A stretch of DNA of 64,000 nt from Escherichia coli (GTDB lineage Bacteria; Pseudomonadota; Gammaproteobacteria; Enterobacterales; Enterobacteriaceae), in assembly GCF_044647545.1 (NCBI RefSeq), contig NZ_CP172818.1. The stretch is one strand, 5' to 3'. The notes beneath the pieces were generated by a model. The model did not search any database. It was not told the origin of the DNA and saw only the letters and a list, made by a program, of their open reading frames with translations. The translations under genes were made by a program, and so were the position numbers. The stretch's first letter is position 1; every line of letters starts with the position of its first letter. This document shows, piece after piece, positions 1-8,773 of this stretch.

Positions 1-243
1 GATAATCACCGGTCCGAGTACGTGGGCCAGAACAGGTGCCAGCGCGGTCATACCAACCATCGCCAGGCCCAGTGCGCCCATCGCCATAAAGCCTTCTTCA
101 AACTGCCCGCCGGATCCTTCGATACTTTTACCGAACTTACCGAGGAAACGAGCAGAACCGCCGAACTGCGACAGGATCCTGTCTACGGCAGCTATCAGCA
201 TAAAGAACATCATGATGTACATGATGATTTCGTTAATTCCCAT
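1..243 (-). CDS. eutH: ethanolamine permease EutH, 5' part only (gene runs off the left edge)
   Basis: Reverse strand from 243 reads ATG GGA ATT AAC... = MGINEIIMYIMMFFMLIAAVD..., a hydrophobic N-terminus; lies directly downstream of eutG in eut operon order. Confidence 0.8.
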   Translation of the reverse strand, partial: MGINEIIMYIMMFFMLIAAVDRILSQFGGSARFLGKFGKSIEGSGGQFEEGFMAMGALGLAMVGMTALAPVLAHVLGPVII

Positions 244-313
244 CGCCTTTACTCCCTGTTAGTTGTTATTTATCCGGCCAACACACCCACGCGGCAAGCG
301 TCGCATCCGGCAT

Positions 314-1501
314 TTATTGCGCCGCTGCGTACAGGCCGACAATCTGCTCCAGGCTGGCGGTACGCGGGTTGCTGCGCAGACAAATATCTTCCAGCGCGGC
401 CTGCGCCCATGCGCCGTAATGCGCAGATGTCGCACCAACATCGCCCAGTCGTTTACCAATCCCAACTTCAGCAATCAGCTCACTTACCGCGTTAATAGCG
501 TCACGATCGTCGGATTTTTTAGTTCGCAGCGCCCGACCAATCTGACTAAACCGATCACGACAAACCATCCGGTTAAATTCCATCACCGTTGGCAACAACA
601 TGGCGTTCGCCAGACCGTGCGGAATATGCAGCGCCGCCCCTGGCTGATGCGCCATCGCGTGGCATAACCCAAGCCCGGCGCTGGAAAACGCCATTCCCGC
701 CATACATGAAGCCAGCAACATGCTCTCGCGCGCGGCAAGGTCATGGCCGTAGCCCACCGCTTTCGGCAGTGATTTGCCAATCATCGCAATGGCACCAATC
801 GCCAGGCTGTCGGTAAACGGTGTAGCGTTCAGCGCGCTGTACGCTTCAATGGCATGGGTTAACGCATCAATGCCAGTCATCGCCGTGACATGCGACGGCA
901 CGCCTTCGGTCAACGCGGCGTCGAGAATCGCCACATCCGGCATCAGCGAGGCATGGGCTAACACCTGCTTGCGCCCGCTCACCGCGTCGATAATCACCGT
1001 TACGTTGGTGGTTTCAGAGCCGGTTCCGGCGGTCGTTGGAATGGCAATCAACGGCAGGCGCGGTTGCAGAACGCTGGTTTCTGACATTTCTGCCAGCGTG
1101 CTATCGGGGTTCGTCACCAGCAACGCCACGGCTTTCGCCGCATCCAGCACCGAGCCGCCGCCAAACGCGATCACCCCGTCACAACCTGATTCACGCAACT
1201 GCGCCACGGCTGCACACACGTCGGTGATGCATGGTTCGCCCACCGGACATGGCCAGAGCGTCATGGCGATACCTTTAACGGCCAGGCTACGCGTCAGCCC
1301 GGCGGTCATCCCTGCCTGATGCAAAAAGCTGTCTGCCATCACGAACAGATGTTTCAACCCACGCGTTTGCGCTTGCTGCCCACAACTGCTCACCGCGCCC
1401 GGACCGCAAAGCGTCACCGGTGGAACGCTAAATGTTTTTACCCGTTGCAGATTCAGGGTATCGAACGCCTGAAAGAGCGCGGTCTGCAATTCATTTTGCA
1501 T
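314..1501 (-). CDS. eutG: iron-containing alcohol dehydrogenase EutG
   Basis: 395-aa ORF, Fe-ADH family features (GGGSVLDAAK), position in eut operon. Confidence 0.93.
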   Translation of the reverse strand: MQNELQTALFQAFDTLNLQRVKTFSVPPVTLCGPGAVSSCGQQAQTRGLKHLFVMADSFLHQAGMTAGLTRSLAVKGIAMTLWPCPVGEPCITDVCAAVAQLRESGCDGVIAFGGGSVLDAAKAVALLVTNPDSTLAEMSETSVLQPRLPLIAIPTTAGTGSETTNVTVIIDAVSGRKQVLAHASLMPDVAILDAALTEGVPSHVTAMTGIDALTHAIEAYSALNATPFTDSLAIGAIAMIGKSLPKAVGYGHDLAARESMLLASCMAGMAFSSAGLGLCHAMAHQPGAALHIPHGLANAMLLPTVMEFNRMVCRDRFSQIGRALRTKKSDDRDAINAVSELIAEVGIGKRLGDVGATSAHYGAWAQAALEDICLRSNPRTASLEQIVGLYAAAQ

Positions 1502-2327
1502 ATAGCCCCTCCGCTTTCTCTCGCCCGCTACTGGCGATCGCCAGCGGGGTCATAAACAAACTGTGCTGCGGTAAATGCACCTGTAACGCCGGGAATTGTT
1601 TGCGAAACAGTTCCGCCACGCCCGGTTGCATACAAGAGCCGCCCGCCAGCCATAAATCAGTAATGCCCTGCCCTTCAATATGCCGGGCGACAATGTCCGC
1701 CATTTTTTCGTACACTGGTTTCACCGCGGGCCAAATCTCTTCACCGTGACCGCGCTTGTACTGCTCTGCCTCTTCCAGCGAAATACGACGATTTCCGGCG
1801 AGAGTCAGAGAGATGTGATGTCCGCCGGTCGCTTCATCCGCCGAGTACGTCACCTTGCCCTTTTTCACGATGGCAATACCAGTAGTGCCACCGCCGATAT
1901 CCACTACACCAGCGTTGTCCAGTTGCAGCAGATCCGCGACTGCGGTTGGCTCATCCAGTACATGGCTCACTTCCAGTCCGGCAGATTCCAGCACGTTGAT
2001 GGAAATACGCGGGTCCGTACCAGGAGGAAATGAGGTCGCCGCATGGCTAAAACGGCGACCGAATTGCTGCTCAAGGGTGTCGAGATGGCGACGAACAATG
2101 GTGACCGCACCGAAGAAATCCCAGACGATGCCGTCGCGGACCACATCGGCCCAGTCGAGGCATACCGCCACCGGCAGACCGTCGCGGTCGACAACCATCG
2201 ACACCACATCGCAAGTGCCCAGATCCACCCCCAGCCACAGCGGAGATTCCGTCGCGGCGGGCGTCTGGTTACACAGCGTTGCCGCCGTTTGCAGACGTGG
2301 GGTGAGCCATTGTTCATCGTGCGCCAT
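1491..2327 (-). CDS. eutJ: ethanolamine utilization chaperone-like protein EutJ (actin/Hsp70 fold)
   Basis: 278-aa ORF, DLGTxxxxxxV and DIGGGTT motifs, overlaps eutG start by 11 nt. Confidence 0.92.
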   Translation of the reverse strand: MAHDEQWLTPRLQTAATLCNQTPAATESPLWLGVDLGTCDVVSMVVDRDGLPVAVCLDWADVVRDGIVWDFFGAVTIVRRHLDTLEQQFGRRFSHAATSFPPGTDPRISINVLESAGLEVSHVLDEPTAVADLLQLDNAGVVDIGGGTTGIAIVKKGKVTYSADEATGGHHISLTLAGNRRISLEEAEQYKRGHGEEIWPAVKPVYEKMADIVARHIEGQGITDLWLAGGSCMQPGVAELFRKQFPALQVHLPQHSLFMTPLAIASSGREKAEGLYAK

Positions 2328-2337
2328 CGGTTACTCC

Positions 2338-3741
2338 TTAAACAATGCGAAACGCATCGACTAATACACAGCGACGCAGACGGACAAACGTCCGCGCGCT
2401 GGTTACCCCTTCACCGGTTGGCGTGGTGATGGTCATCGTGGTCCAGCCTTCCCCGCCCAGCCCCAGCCCGGCAATGCACGGTCCGTTCTTAACGAAAATG
2501 CTGGTATCAATGGCATTCGCCATCTGGTTCATGTTCTCGATATTGCGCGAGTGCATTGCCGCCGTGTGGTGGCAACCGCCTTCCAGTTTCACCGCCAGCG
2601 CAATGGCATCCGCCACGTTGGCGACGCGCACGACGGGCAGCACCGGCATCATCAGTTCAGTCACAGCAAACGGATGTTCTGCGGTGGTTTCTACAAACAG
2701 CAGTCGCGTTTGTTCCGGAACTTTAAGGCCGATTGCCGCCGCGATTTTCGCCGCATCGCGACCAACCCAGTCACGGCTGACGATGCTTTTTCCGCGCTCG
2801 TCGATATTTTTCAGCAACACCGGTTGCAGCTGCTGCGCCTGCTCTGCGGTCAGTTTCACCGCGTGCTGGCCTTCCATCAGACGCATCAGTTCATCGGCTA
2901 CGCTATCCACAACAATCAGTACCTTTTCGTCGGCACAAATGATGTTGTTATCGAAAGACGCGCCTTTGACGATGGACTGAGCAGCACGGGCGAGGTCGGC
3001 GGTTTCATCCACCACTACCGGCGGGTTGCCAGCGCCTGCGGCAATCAGACGTTTATTGGTGTGTTTACGCGCCGCTTCTACTACCGCTTCGCCGCCGGTC
3101 ACCACCAGCAGGCCGATGCCCGGAAACTTGAACAAACGTTGAGCGGTTTCAATATCCGGATTTGCCACAGTAACCAGTAAGTTTTCCGGCCCGCCTGCGG
3201 CAACAATCGCCTGGTTGAGCAGCGTGATCGCCCGCTGGGAGACTTTTTTCGCCGCCGGATGCGGGGCAAAAATGACGCTGTTGCCCGCGGCAATCAGGCT
3301 GATGGCGTTATTAATGACGGTTGCCGCCGGGTTGGTGGACGGAGTTACCGAAGCCACCACGCCCCAGGGCGCGTTTTCAATTAAAGTCAGGCCGTTGTCG
3401 CCAGTCAGCACTTGCGGAGAGAGGCACTCAACGCCTGGTGTGCCGCGCGCCTGAGCGACGTTTTTGGCAAATTTATCTTCAACGCGCCCCATGCCGGTTT
3501 CACTGACGGCAAGTTCCGCTAAATCTCTGGCGTGTTTTTCGCCTGCTTCACGAATGGCAGCAATGGCTAACTGGCGCATTGCCACGCTTTTTAACCCTTG
3601 CTGGGCGACTTTGGCTGCCGCAACGGCGTCATCCAGGGACGCGAAAACGCCCATCTCATGAACGGCGGCGGGCGGCGTGTCACTGCTTTGCATTTTCAGC
3701 AGTACCGCTTTCACCACCTGTTCAATATCCTGTTGATTCAT
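2338..3741 (-). CDS. eutE: CoA-acylating acetaldehyde dehydrogenase EutE
   Basis: 467-aa ORF, aldehyde dehydrogenase family, operon position. Confidence 0.93.
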   Translation of the reverse strand: MNQQDIEQVVKAVLLKMQSSDTPPAAVHEMGVFASLDDAVAAAKVAQQGLKSVAMRQLAIAAIREAGEKHARDLAELAVSETGMGRVEDKFAKNVAQARGTPGVECLSPQVLTGDNGLTLIENAPWGVVASVTPSTNPAATVINNAISLIAAGNSVIFAPHPAAKKVSQRAITLLNQAIVAAGGPENLLVTVANPDIETAQRLFKFPGIGLLVVTGGEAVVEAARKHTNKRLIAAGAGNPPVVVDETADLARAAQSIVKGASFDNNIICADEKVLIVVDSVADELMRLMEGQHAVKLTAEQAQQLQPVLLKNIDERGKSIVSRDWVGRDAAKIAAAIGLKVPEQTRLLFVETTAEHPFAVTELMMPVLPVVRVANVADAIALAVKLEGGCHHTAAMHSRNIENMNQMANAIDTSIFVKNGPCIAGLGLGGEGWTTMTITTPTGEGVTSARTFVRLRRCVLVDAFRIV

Positions 3742-3752
3742 GATGTTCTGCC

Positions 3753-4040
3753 TTATTTGTGGAAAATGACCTGACCGCCAGACACCACCTCATCGACAAT
3801 GCCAATCACGCACAGATCGACCGGTGACGTTTCGCTTTTATGCGCCTGGCGGGCGGAACTGCCACTCACCAGTAACACCCACTCCCCGGTTCCCGCGCCA
3901 ATATTGTCGATGGCGACGGCGCATTGCCCGTCAGGATTACCTTGTGGATCAATCATTTCCACCATCAGCAATTTGTCATGCGCCAGTCCGTGATGGCGTA
4001 CGGTACAAACAATTTGTCCAGTGACGACTGCCAGTTTCAT
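3753..4040 (-). CDS. eutN: microcompartment vertex protein EutN
   Basis: 95-aa ORF, EutN/CcmL family sequence, operon position. Confidence 0.9.
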   Translation of the reverse strand: MKLAVVTGQIVCTVRHHGLAHDKLLMVEMIDPQGNPDGQCAVAIDNIGAGTGEWVLLVSGSSARQAHKSETSPVDLCVIGIVDEVVSGGQVIFHK

Positions 4041-4146
4041 ACCCGCCTCCGTGGCGTATTTCAGGTAAAAGCTCCCCCTACCCTCCGCAGAAGGTAAAAT
4101 GAAAAAGGAGAGAGCGTGACGCCCGAATCGACGTCACACAGGGTGA

Positions 4147-4440
4147 TTACAGGTTGCTGCTATCGCCTTTCAGGCCGATCGGGAAGACTTCTTCCAGGTC
4201 GCCGTGCGGACGCGGGATAACGTGTACAGATACCAGCTCGCCGATACGCTGTGCCGCTGCAGCACCTGCGTCGGTCGCGGCTTTACAGGCTGCAACATCA
4301 CCACGAACCATGGCAGTACACAGGCCGCCGCCAATCTGCTTAACACCAACCAGCTTGACGCGCGCAGCTTTCACCATCGCGTCAGAAGCCTCAATCAGTG
4401 CAACCAGGCCCCGGGTTTCGATCATTCCTAATGCTTCCAT
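4147..4440 (-). CDS. eutM: microcompartment shell protein EutM (BMC domain)
   Basis: Track ORF is 111 aa; the internal ATG at 4440 is preceded by GAGGA and gives the 97-aa BMC protein [11 protein letters not shown]... Confidence 0.88.
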   Translation of the reverse strand: MEALGMIETRGLVALIEASDAMVKAARVKLVGVKQIGGGLCTAMVRGDVAACKAATDAGAAAAQRIGELVSVHVIPRPHGDLEEVFPIGLKGDSSNL

Positions 4441-4478
4441 TGTGCTTTCCTCTTTATCAGGGTCCAGAACGGGACCGT

Positions 4479-5495
4479 TCATTCAACCAGTGTTTGTAAA
4501 CTGCTTTCGCGGTTCACTTCTGTCTGACGCGGCACAGCTGCCACCAGCGCCAGTTCGATAATTTCCTGCACGCTACAACCACGAGAGAGATCGTGCATCG
4601 GCGCGGCAAGTCCTTGTATCAATGGCCCGACGGCACGATATCCGCCAAGTCGTTGTGCGATTTTGTAGCCAATATTTCCTGCCTCCAGCGACGGAAAAAC
4701 CATCACATTGGCTTTGCCCTGTAACGGGCTGGCTGGCGCTTTTTGCGCCGCCACTTCCGGCACGAAGGCGGCGTCAAACTGCAACTCGCCATCGACAACC
4801 AGCTTTGGTGCGCACTCACGGACGATTTCTGTCGCCTGCTGGACGTTGGCAACGCAGGGGTGACGGGCACTACCGTTGCTGGAAAACGACAGCATCGCCA
4901 CGCGCGGTTCTTCTCCGGTGATGGCGCGCCAGGTTTCGGCGCTGGCAAGCGCGATATCCGCCAGTTGTGCCGCCGTCGGCTGCGGCACCACGCTGCAATC
5001 GGCAAAGCCCAACGCCGGACCGCTGTACTGTGGCAGCATCAGGAAAATGGATGAGAGCGTTTTACAGCCTGGCTGCAAGCCGATAATGCGTAATCCGGCA
5101 CGCAGCACATTCGCCGTGGAAGAGAGGTTGCCCGCGATACAGACATCCGCTTTGCCGGCGCTGACCATTGCGGCGGCGAACATCAGCGGATCGGTAAGTT
5201 TTTCCAGCGCATCCGGCGGCGTTTTTTCGCCCGCGCGGGCCAGCCAGCGATGAGCAAATTCTTCCCGCATTGCGAGGTTGCCATGCGGATCAATCACCTG
5301 TAGCCCGTCCATCGCCACGCCATGACTGAGCGCAAACTGACGAAGTTCAAACGGATTGGCGACCAGAATGGGCGTTGCCAGACCTTGTTGATGTAAATAT
5401 TGCGCAGCTTTCAGCACACGTTGATCTAACGCATCCGGAAAAACTACTCTGGCGGGCGCTCGCAACGCCAGTTCACGACAACGTTTAATAATCAT
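4479..5495 (-). CDS. eutD: phosphotransacetylase EutD
   Basis: 338-aa ORF, Pta family, operon position. Confidence 0.93.
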   Translation of the reverse strand: MIIKRCRELALRAPARVVFPDALDQRVLKAAQYLHQQGLATPILVANPFELRQFALSHGVAMDGLQVIDPHGNLAMREEFAHRWLARAGEKTPPDALEKLTDPLMFAAAMVSAGKADVCIAGNLSSTANVLRAGLRIIGLQPGCKTLSSIFLMLPQYSGPALGFADCSVVPQPTAAQLADIALASAETWRAITGEEPRVAMLSFSSNGSARHPCVANVQQATEIVRECAPKLVVDGELQFDAAFVPEVAAQKAPASPLQGKANVMVFPSLEAGNIGYKIAQRLGGYRAVGPLIQGLAAPMHDLSRGCSVQEIIELALVAAVPRQTEVNRESSLQTLVE

Positions 5496-6295
5496 TGCGT
5501 TTCCCCCAGTCGTTGTTGGATCTGCTTCACCGTTAGCGGTTGTTTCGCTACGCTCAGGATCATCATCACGTAGACCGTGCTCGAAAGGCGGTTCAGCGCC
5601 TGCAAAATGTCCGGGCGTAATACTTCAAAGCTGCGGGTGATAAAGACCTGCGCCGCTACGGTTTCGGTTTCCCGCACTTTGGTGCGTAGCAGATTTAGCA
5701 ACGCCGCATCGCGCCCGTGGCTGGCTTCCGGCACCAGATGATCGTGGTCGAGATAACGCAGCGGCTGGTGAGAAAGCCGATGCAGATCTTCGTCAGAAAG
5801 CCCGACAATCGCCTGGCAGGCCAGCGGTTCCCCCAGCGCATCGGCACGCATAATGTTGCCAAGACGCGAACGGATATCCGCCAGCCACGGCTGCCACGGT
5901 TCCGCCAGTTCAATTTGCAGCCACACTGCCAGCGCAATGGTGCTGTCGAGAACCGCGCGAAAAGCCAGGCGCGGATCGCTTTTGGCAACCATTTTTTCCG
6001 CCGACAGGTGAGTCAGCGTATCCGGCTTTTTTGCCACCGGCTGGCGGCACAGTTCGCAGCACGCCTGCGGATGTTCATCGCTACTGGTAAGCCCGTGAAC
6101 GGGCTGCGGCTGCTGCTGTTCATCGTCAACAAACAGGCGGCCCTGCTCGTCAATAAACTTGATGCGCAGATGGCGGCTTTCCAGTAACTCCCGGGCAGAG
6201 GGCGTCAGGCGACTGTCCGCAGGGAGATGGATCTCTGCGCCTTCGCTGAGCGTATGGTTCGCTCTTAGCCATGCTTCGGTGATGAAATCTTTCAT
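5492..6295 (-). CDS. eutT: ethanolamine utilization cobalamin adenosyltransferase EutT
   Basis: 267-aa ORF, 4-nt overlap with eutD start (ATGA coupling). Confidence 0.9.
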   Translation of the reverse strand: MKDFITEAWLRANHTLSEGAEIHLPADSRLTPSARELLESRHLRIKFIDEQGRLFVDDEQQQPQPVHGLTSSDEHPQACCELCRQPVAKKPDTLTHLSAEKMVAKSDPRLAFRAVLDSTIALAVWLQIELAEPWQPWLADIRSRLGNIMRADALGEPLACQAIVGLSDEDLHRLSHQPLRYLDHDHLVPEASHGRDAALLNLLRTKVRETETVAAQVFITRSFEVLRPDILQALNRLSSTVYVMMILSVAKQPLTVKQIQQRLGETQ

Positions 6296-6993
6296 AGGGA
6301 TTGCCAGTTAGCCGGCCAGGCGACATACAGGAATTTCACGCTGGATGTCGTACCAAATTCGATACTGGAGCCTTTCGGGATAAACATCACATCGCCCGCT
6401 TTGGCGATCATAGTTTCGCCTTCGTGGCGAACATGCAGCTCCCCTTCCAGCACCATGTCGATTTCGTCGTAGTTCAGGGTCCACGGAAAGAAGGCGTTCT
6501 CCCACTGCATAAAACCAGCGGCCATACTGCTGCCGTCGTCTCCGGTCACGAGATCAGTCAAGCCTACGCAGTGCGGTTCCGCGCCATCGAAACGACCAAA
6601 CTTGACGCTGCTGCCATCAATCACTTTGATGCCGCCTTTGCCGGTCACCGATTTGAAACTCGGCTGCATTGCACCCTGCTCCAGTGACTGTTTTTCCTTC
6701 ATCACTTTTTCCATCAGCTGCGCGACCAGGCTTTCGGTAAACTGGCCTTCCGGTAGCTGGGCGATGATGGTTTCGCGGATGCGCTGGCTTTCGGTTTTAT
6801 CGGCTGGCACGCTGGCGGGAACGGACGTCGTTACCGCAGTCGATTCATCACATTCGGTGATGGTAAAACCCAACAGATCAGCCACTTCACGAGCTTCCGG
6901 GGTAATAATGCTGGCGCGCAGAACCACGGACATTGCCAGTTCGCCGCGCGCGTGTGCTTCACGAATATCATTCGCTGTGATGAGTTTTTTCAC
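6292..6993 (-). CDS. eutQ: ethanolamine utilization protein EutQ (cupin)
   Basis: 233-aa ORF, operon position. Confidence 0.9.
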   Translation of the reverse strand: MKKLITANDIREAHARGELAMSVVLRASIITPEAREVADLLGFTITECDESTAVTTSVPASVPADKTESQRIRETIIAQLPEGQFTESLVAQLMEKVMKEKQSLEQGAMQPSFKSVTGKGGIKVIDGSSVKFGRFDGAEPHCVGLTDLVTGDDGSSMAAGFMQWENAFFPWTLNYDEIDMVLEGELHVRHEGETMIAKAGDVMFIPKGSSIEFGTTSSVKFLYVAWPANWQSL

Positions 6994-7447
6994 CTGCTTC
7001 CTCCTGTTTGGTGAGAGATGCCAGATAATCCACCAGTTGCTGCACGCTTTGCGGGTCGTGGCTGTTTAGCTCGAAAATCGGCTCTTCGAAGCCCGTCTCA
7101 AGCAATAACTTTCGCGTTGCGGCGACGTCAGCATCTGGCATGTCCGTTTTACTGATGACGGCGATTTGCCGTTTGCTGACGCCAATATCCAGCAACCCGG
7201 CAGGCAACCGACTTTCCGGGTCATTCGCGCCGTGGACATAGATCAGCATGTCCACATCCTGTAGCGTGGTAATTAAGGCGTGATACCAGCGGGGATGGCT
7301 AAAATATTCACCCGGCGTATCAATATCGCCCTTATCATTAAATTCCACGGCCTGTGTTTTTCTGGCGAGGGTATAATTCCCCTGCAACGCATTAAATAAC
7401 GTTGTTTTTCCTGCCCCGACGGTACCCACAAACGCAATTCGTTTCAT
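6968..7447 (-). CDS. eutP: ethanolamine utilization P-loop protein EutP
   Basis: 159-aa ORF with Walker A GTVGAGKTT; 3' end overlaps eutQ start by 26 nt. Confidence 0.9.
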   Translation of the reverse strand: MKRIAFVGTVGAGKTTLFNALQGNYTLARKTQAVEFNDKGDIDTPGEYFSHPRWYHALITTLQDVDMLIYVHGANDPESRLPAGLLDIGVSKRQIAVISKTDMPDADVAATRKLLLETGFEEPIFELNSHDPQSVQQLVDYLASLTKQEEAGEKTHHSE

Positions 7448-7459
7448 GAATGCCTCGTA

Positions 7460-7795
7460 TTAACTTTTGGTCATTTCACAAAGCGTATAATTTAATAAGC
7501 GTCCTAAACCACTGACGGTTTGTGATAACGCTTCTTCTACTGCGCCCACCGAGCCATAAATCACCAGCGCGCCGCTAAAACGGTCGAGAAAACCGATATG
7601 CACATCGGCGGCTTTCAACGCTAAATCACCGGCGATCATCGCCGTTTCTCCGGGAGTTAGCGTCATAATGCCGATTGCGCCCGCATCCGGAACGCCGATT
7701 TTCTTCGCCAGTTCCTCGCCGGGATGCGCGATGAGATGCGCCAGTGTGACCTGTTTACCGGGCACAAATTCCTGAATGATGCGTTCTTTATCCAT
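7460..7795 (-). CDS. eutS: microcompartment shell protein EutS
   Basis: Track ORF (135 aa) begins at a TTG; the ATG at 7795 gives the 111-aa protein [10 protein letters not shown]... Confidence 0.88.
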
Positions 7796-7958
7796 GAGTC
7801 GCCGCCTGTGAAAAACTTTCGTGTATCGTGACAATTTTTCGTCAGAGTAAATAACAAAATTCGGCAAGCGCGTTTAAAAGGTGAGGTAGATCACTAAGAA
7901 TGGAGAGATATTTTATGTTAAGAAAAAAAACATACATTGTATGAATATAAACGGGAAC

Positions 7959-8699
7959 CAATAAGTTTTGTTTATCATATTATATAGACTTCTTTAATTT
8001 TTAATAATTAGCAGAATACATATTTAATTACTGTTGTATTCTAAAAATATTTATCTTCACCCCATTTAAAATAATCTAGGATTTTATTCAGAAAATAAAA
8101 AAGACCCGAAAAAATCCTTCCCCCCCAAAGGCGCTAATTCATCCATATTAACTCAAGACTTCATAGAAAATTTTCTTAACCCCCATATAGAGCCTCTCTA
8201 AGCCTATTATCCTTTTATTATCAAATCTCTAACCCATCTTTACCTATCTGCAAAAACACACACAAACCACTATTTTATTTTTTTTAAAAACGGAAAAAAG
8301 CATAAGGAAACGAAACAAATGAGAAAAATTTCAAAAAAAAAGAAAAATAGAAAAAAAATAATAAAAAAAACGAAAGCGAATACGAAAGGAAGAAAAAAAA
8401 AAACAAAAAATTTCAAATTCCCCAACCCACAGCCACAAAGCAAAACGAACAAACCTGAGGAACTTAAAGAAAAAGAGTATATGAAACTTAAACTAACACC
8501 TAGCTAACTATAGTAACCGAAGAAAGAACACAAAAAAGAAACAAAAATACAAAAAAAAACTAAACAAAAAAAAAAGAAAATCATAAAATTTTTATCTCAA
8601 CATAAAAAAAAAATTGAACAAAAAAAAAATGACCCCAAAAAAAACACCCCAAAAAACAACAAAAGGAACACAACAAAACAAACAAAAAACACCCCAACA
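7959..8699. other. anomalous non-coding low-complexity block: left part AT-rich, right part (about 8281-8699) strongly A-rich/C-containing on + strand; putative foreign or artefactual insertion
   Basis: Hand tally of 8521-8700: A about 68%, C 19%, T 8%, G 4%; A-runs of 9-11 nt; only poly-Lys/poly-Phe pseudo-ORFs; eutS-maeB spacer is 978 bp here. Boundaries approximate. Confidence 0.6.
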
Positions 8700-8728
8700 C
8701 CACAGGAAGGGAGAGGAATCAGCTAAAC

Positions 8729-8756
8729 CGCTTACCCTGAATATTCAGGGTAAGCG
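8729..8756 (-). terminator. perfect 13-bp inverted repeat just downstream of maeB stop (candidate maeB terminator hairpin; weak U-tract)
   Basis: cgcttaccctgaa / ttcagggtaagcg, 17 nt from the maeB stop codon. Confidence 0.4.
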
Positions 8757-8773
8757 TGAGAGTTAAAAAAGAA

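Noticed and set aside
1-7867. eut microcompartment genes as a novel encapsulated system
   Set aside because: Canonical ethanolamine-utilisation operon in the expected order; nothing extra inserted among the genes.
8270-8452. 60-aa minus-strand ORF encoding a poly-Phe/Leu peptide
   Set aside because: Mirror artefact of the same A/T homopolymer sequence; no RBS, no plausible fold.
8319-8507. 62-aa + strand ORF inside the A-rich block encoding an extremely Lys-rich peptide (MRKISKKKKNRKKIIKK...)
   Set aside because: It is a direct by-product of poly-A sequence (AAA/AAG codons); poly-Lys tracts stall ribosomes, the SD spacing is poor, and the antisense frame gives an equally artefactual poly-Phe ORF.
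7959-8699. Possibility that the anomalous block is an IS element, MITE, CRISPR array, telomere-like repeat or ncRNA gene
   Set aside because: No terminal inverted repeats or obvious target-site duplication, no transposase, no regularly spaced direct repeats; CCCCAA-like strings occur but not as a tandem array; no stable RNA-like stem architecture recognisable by eye.
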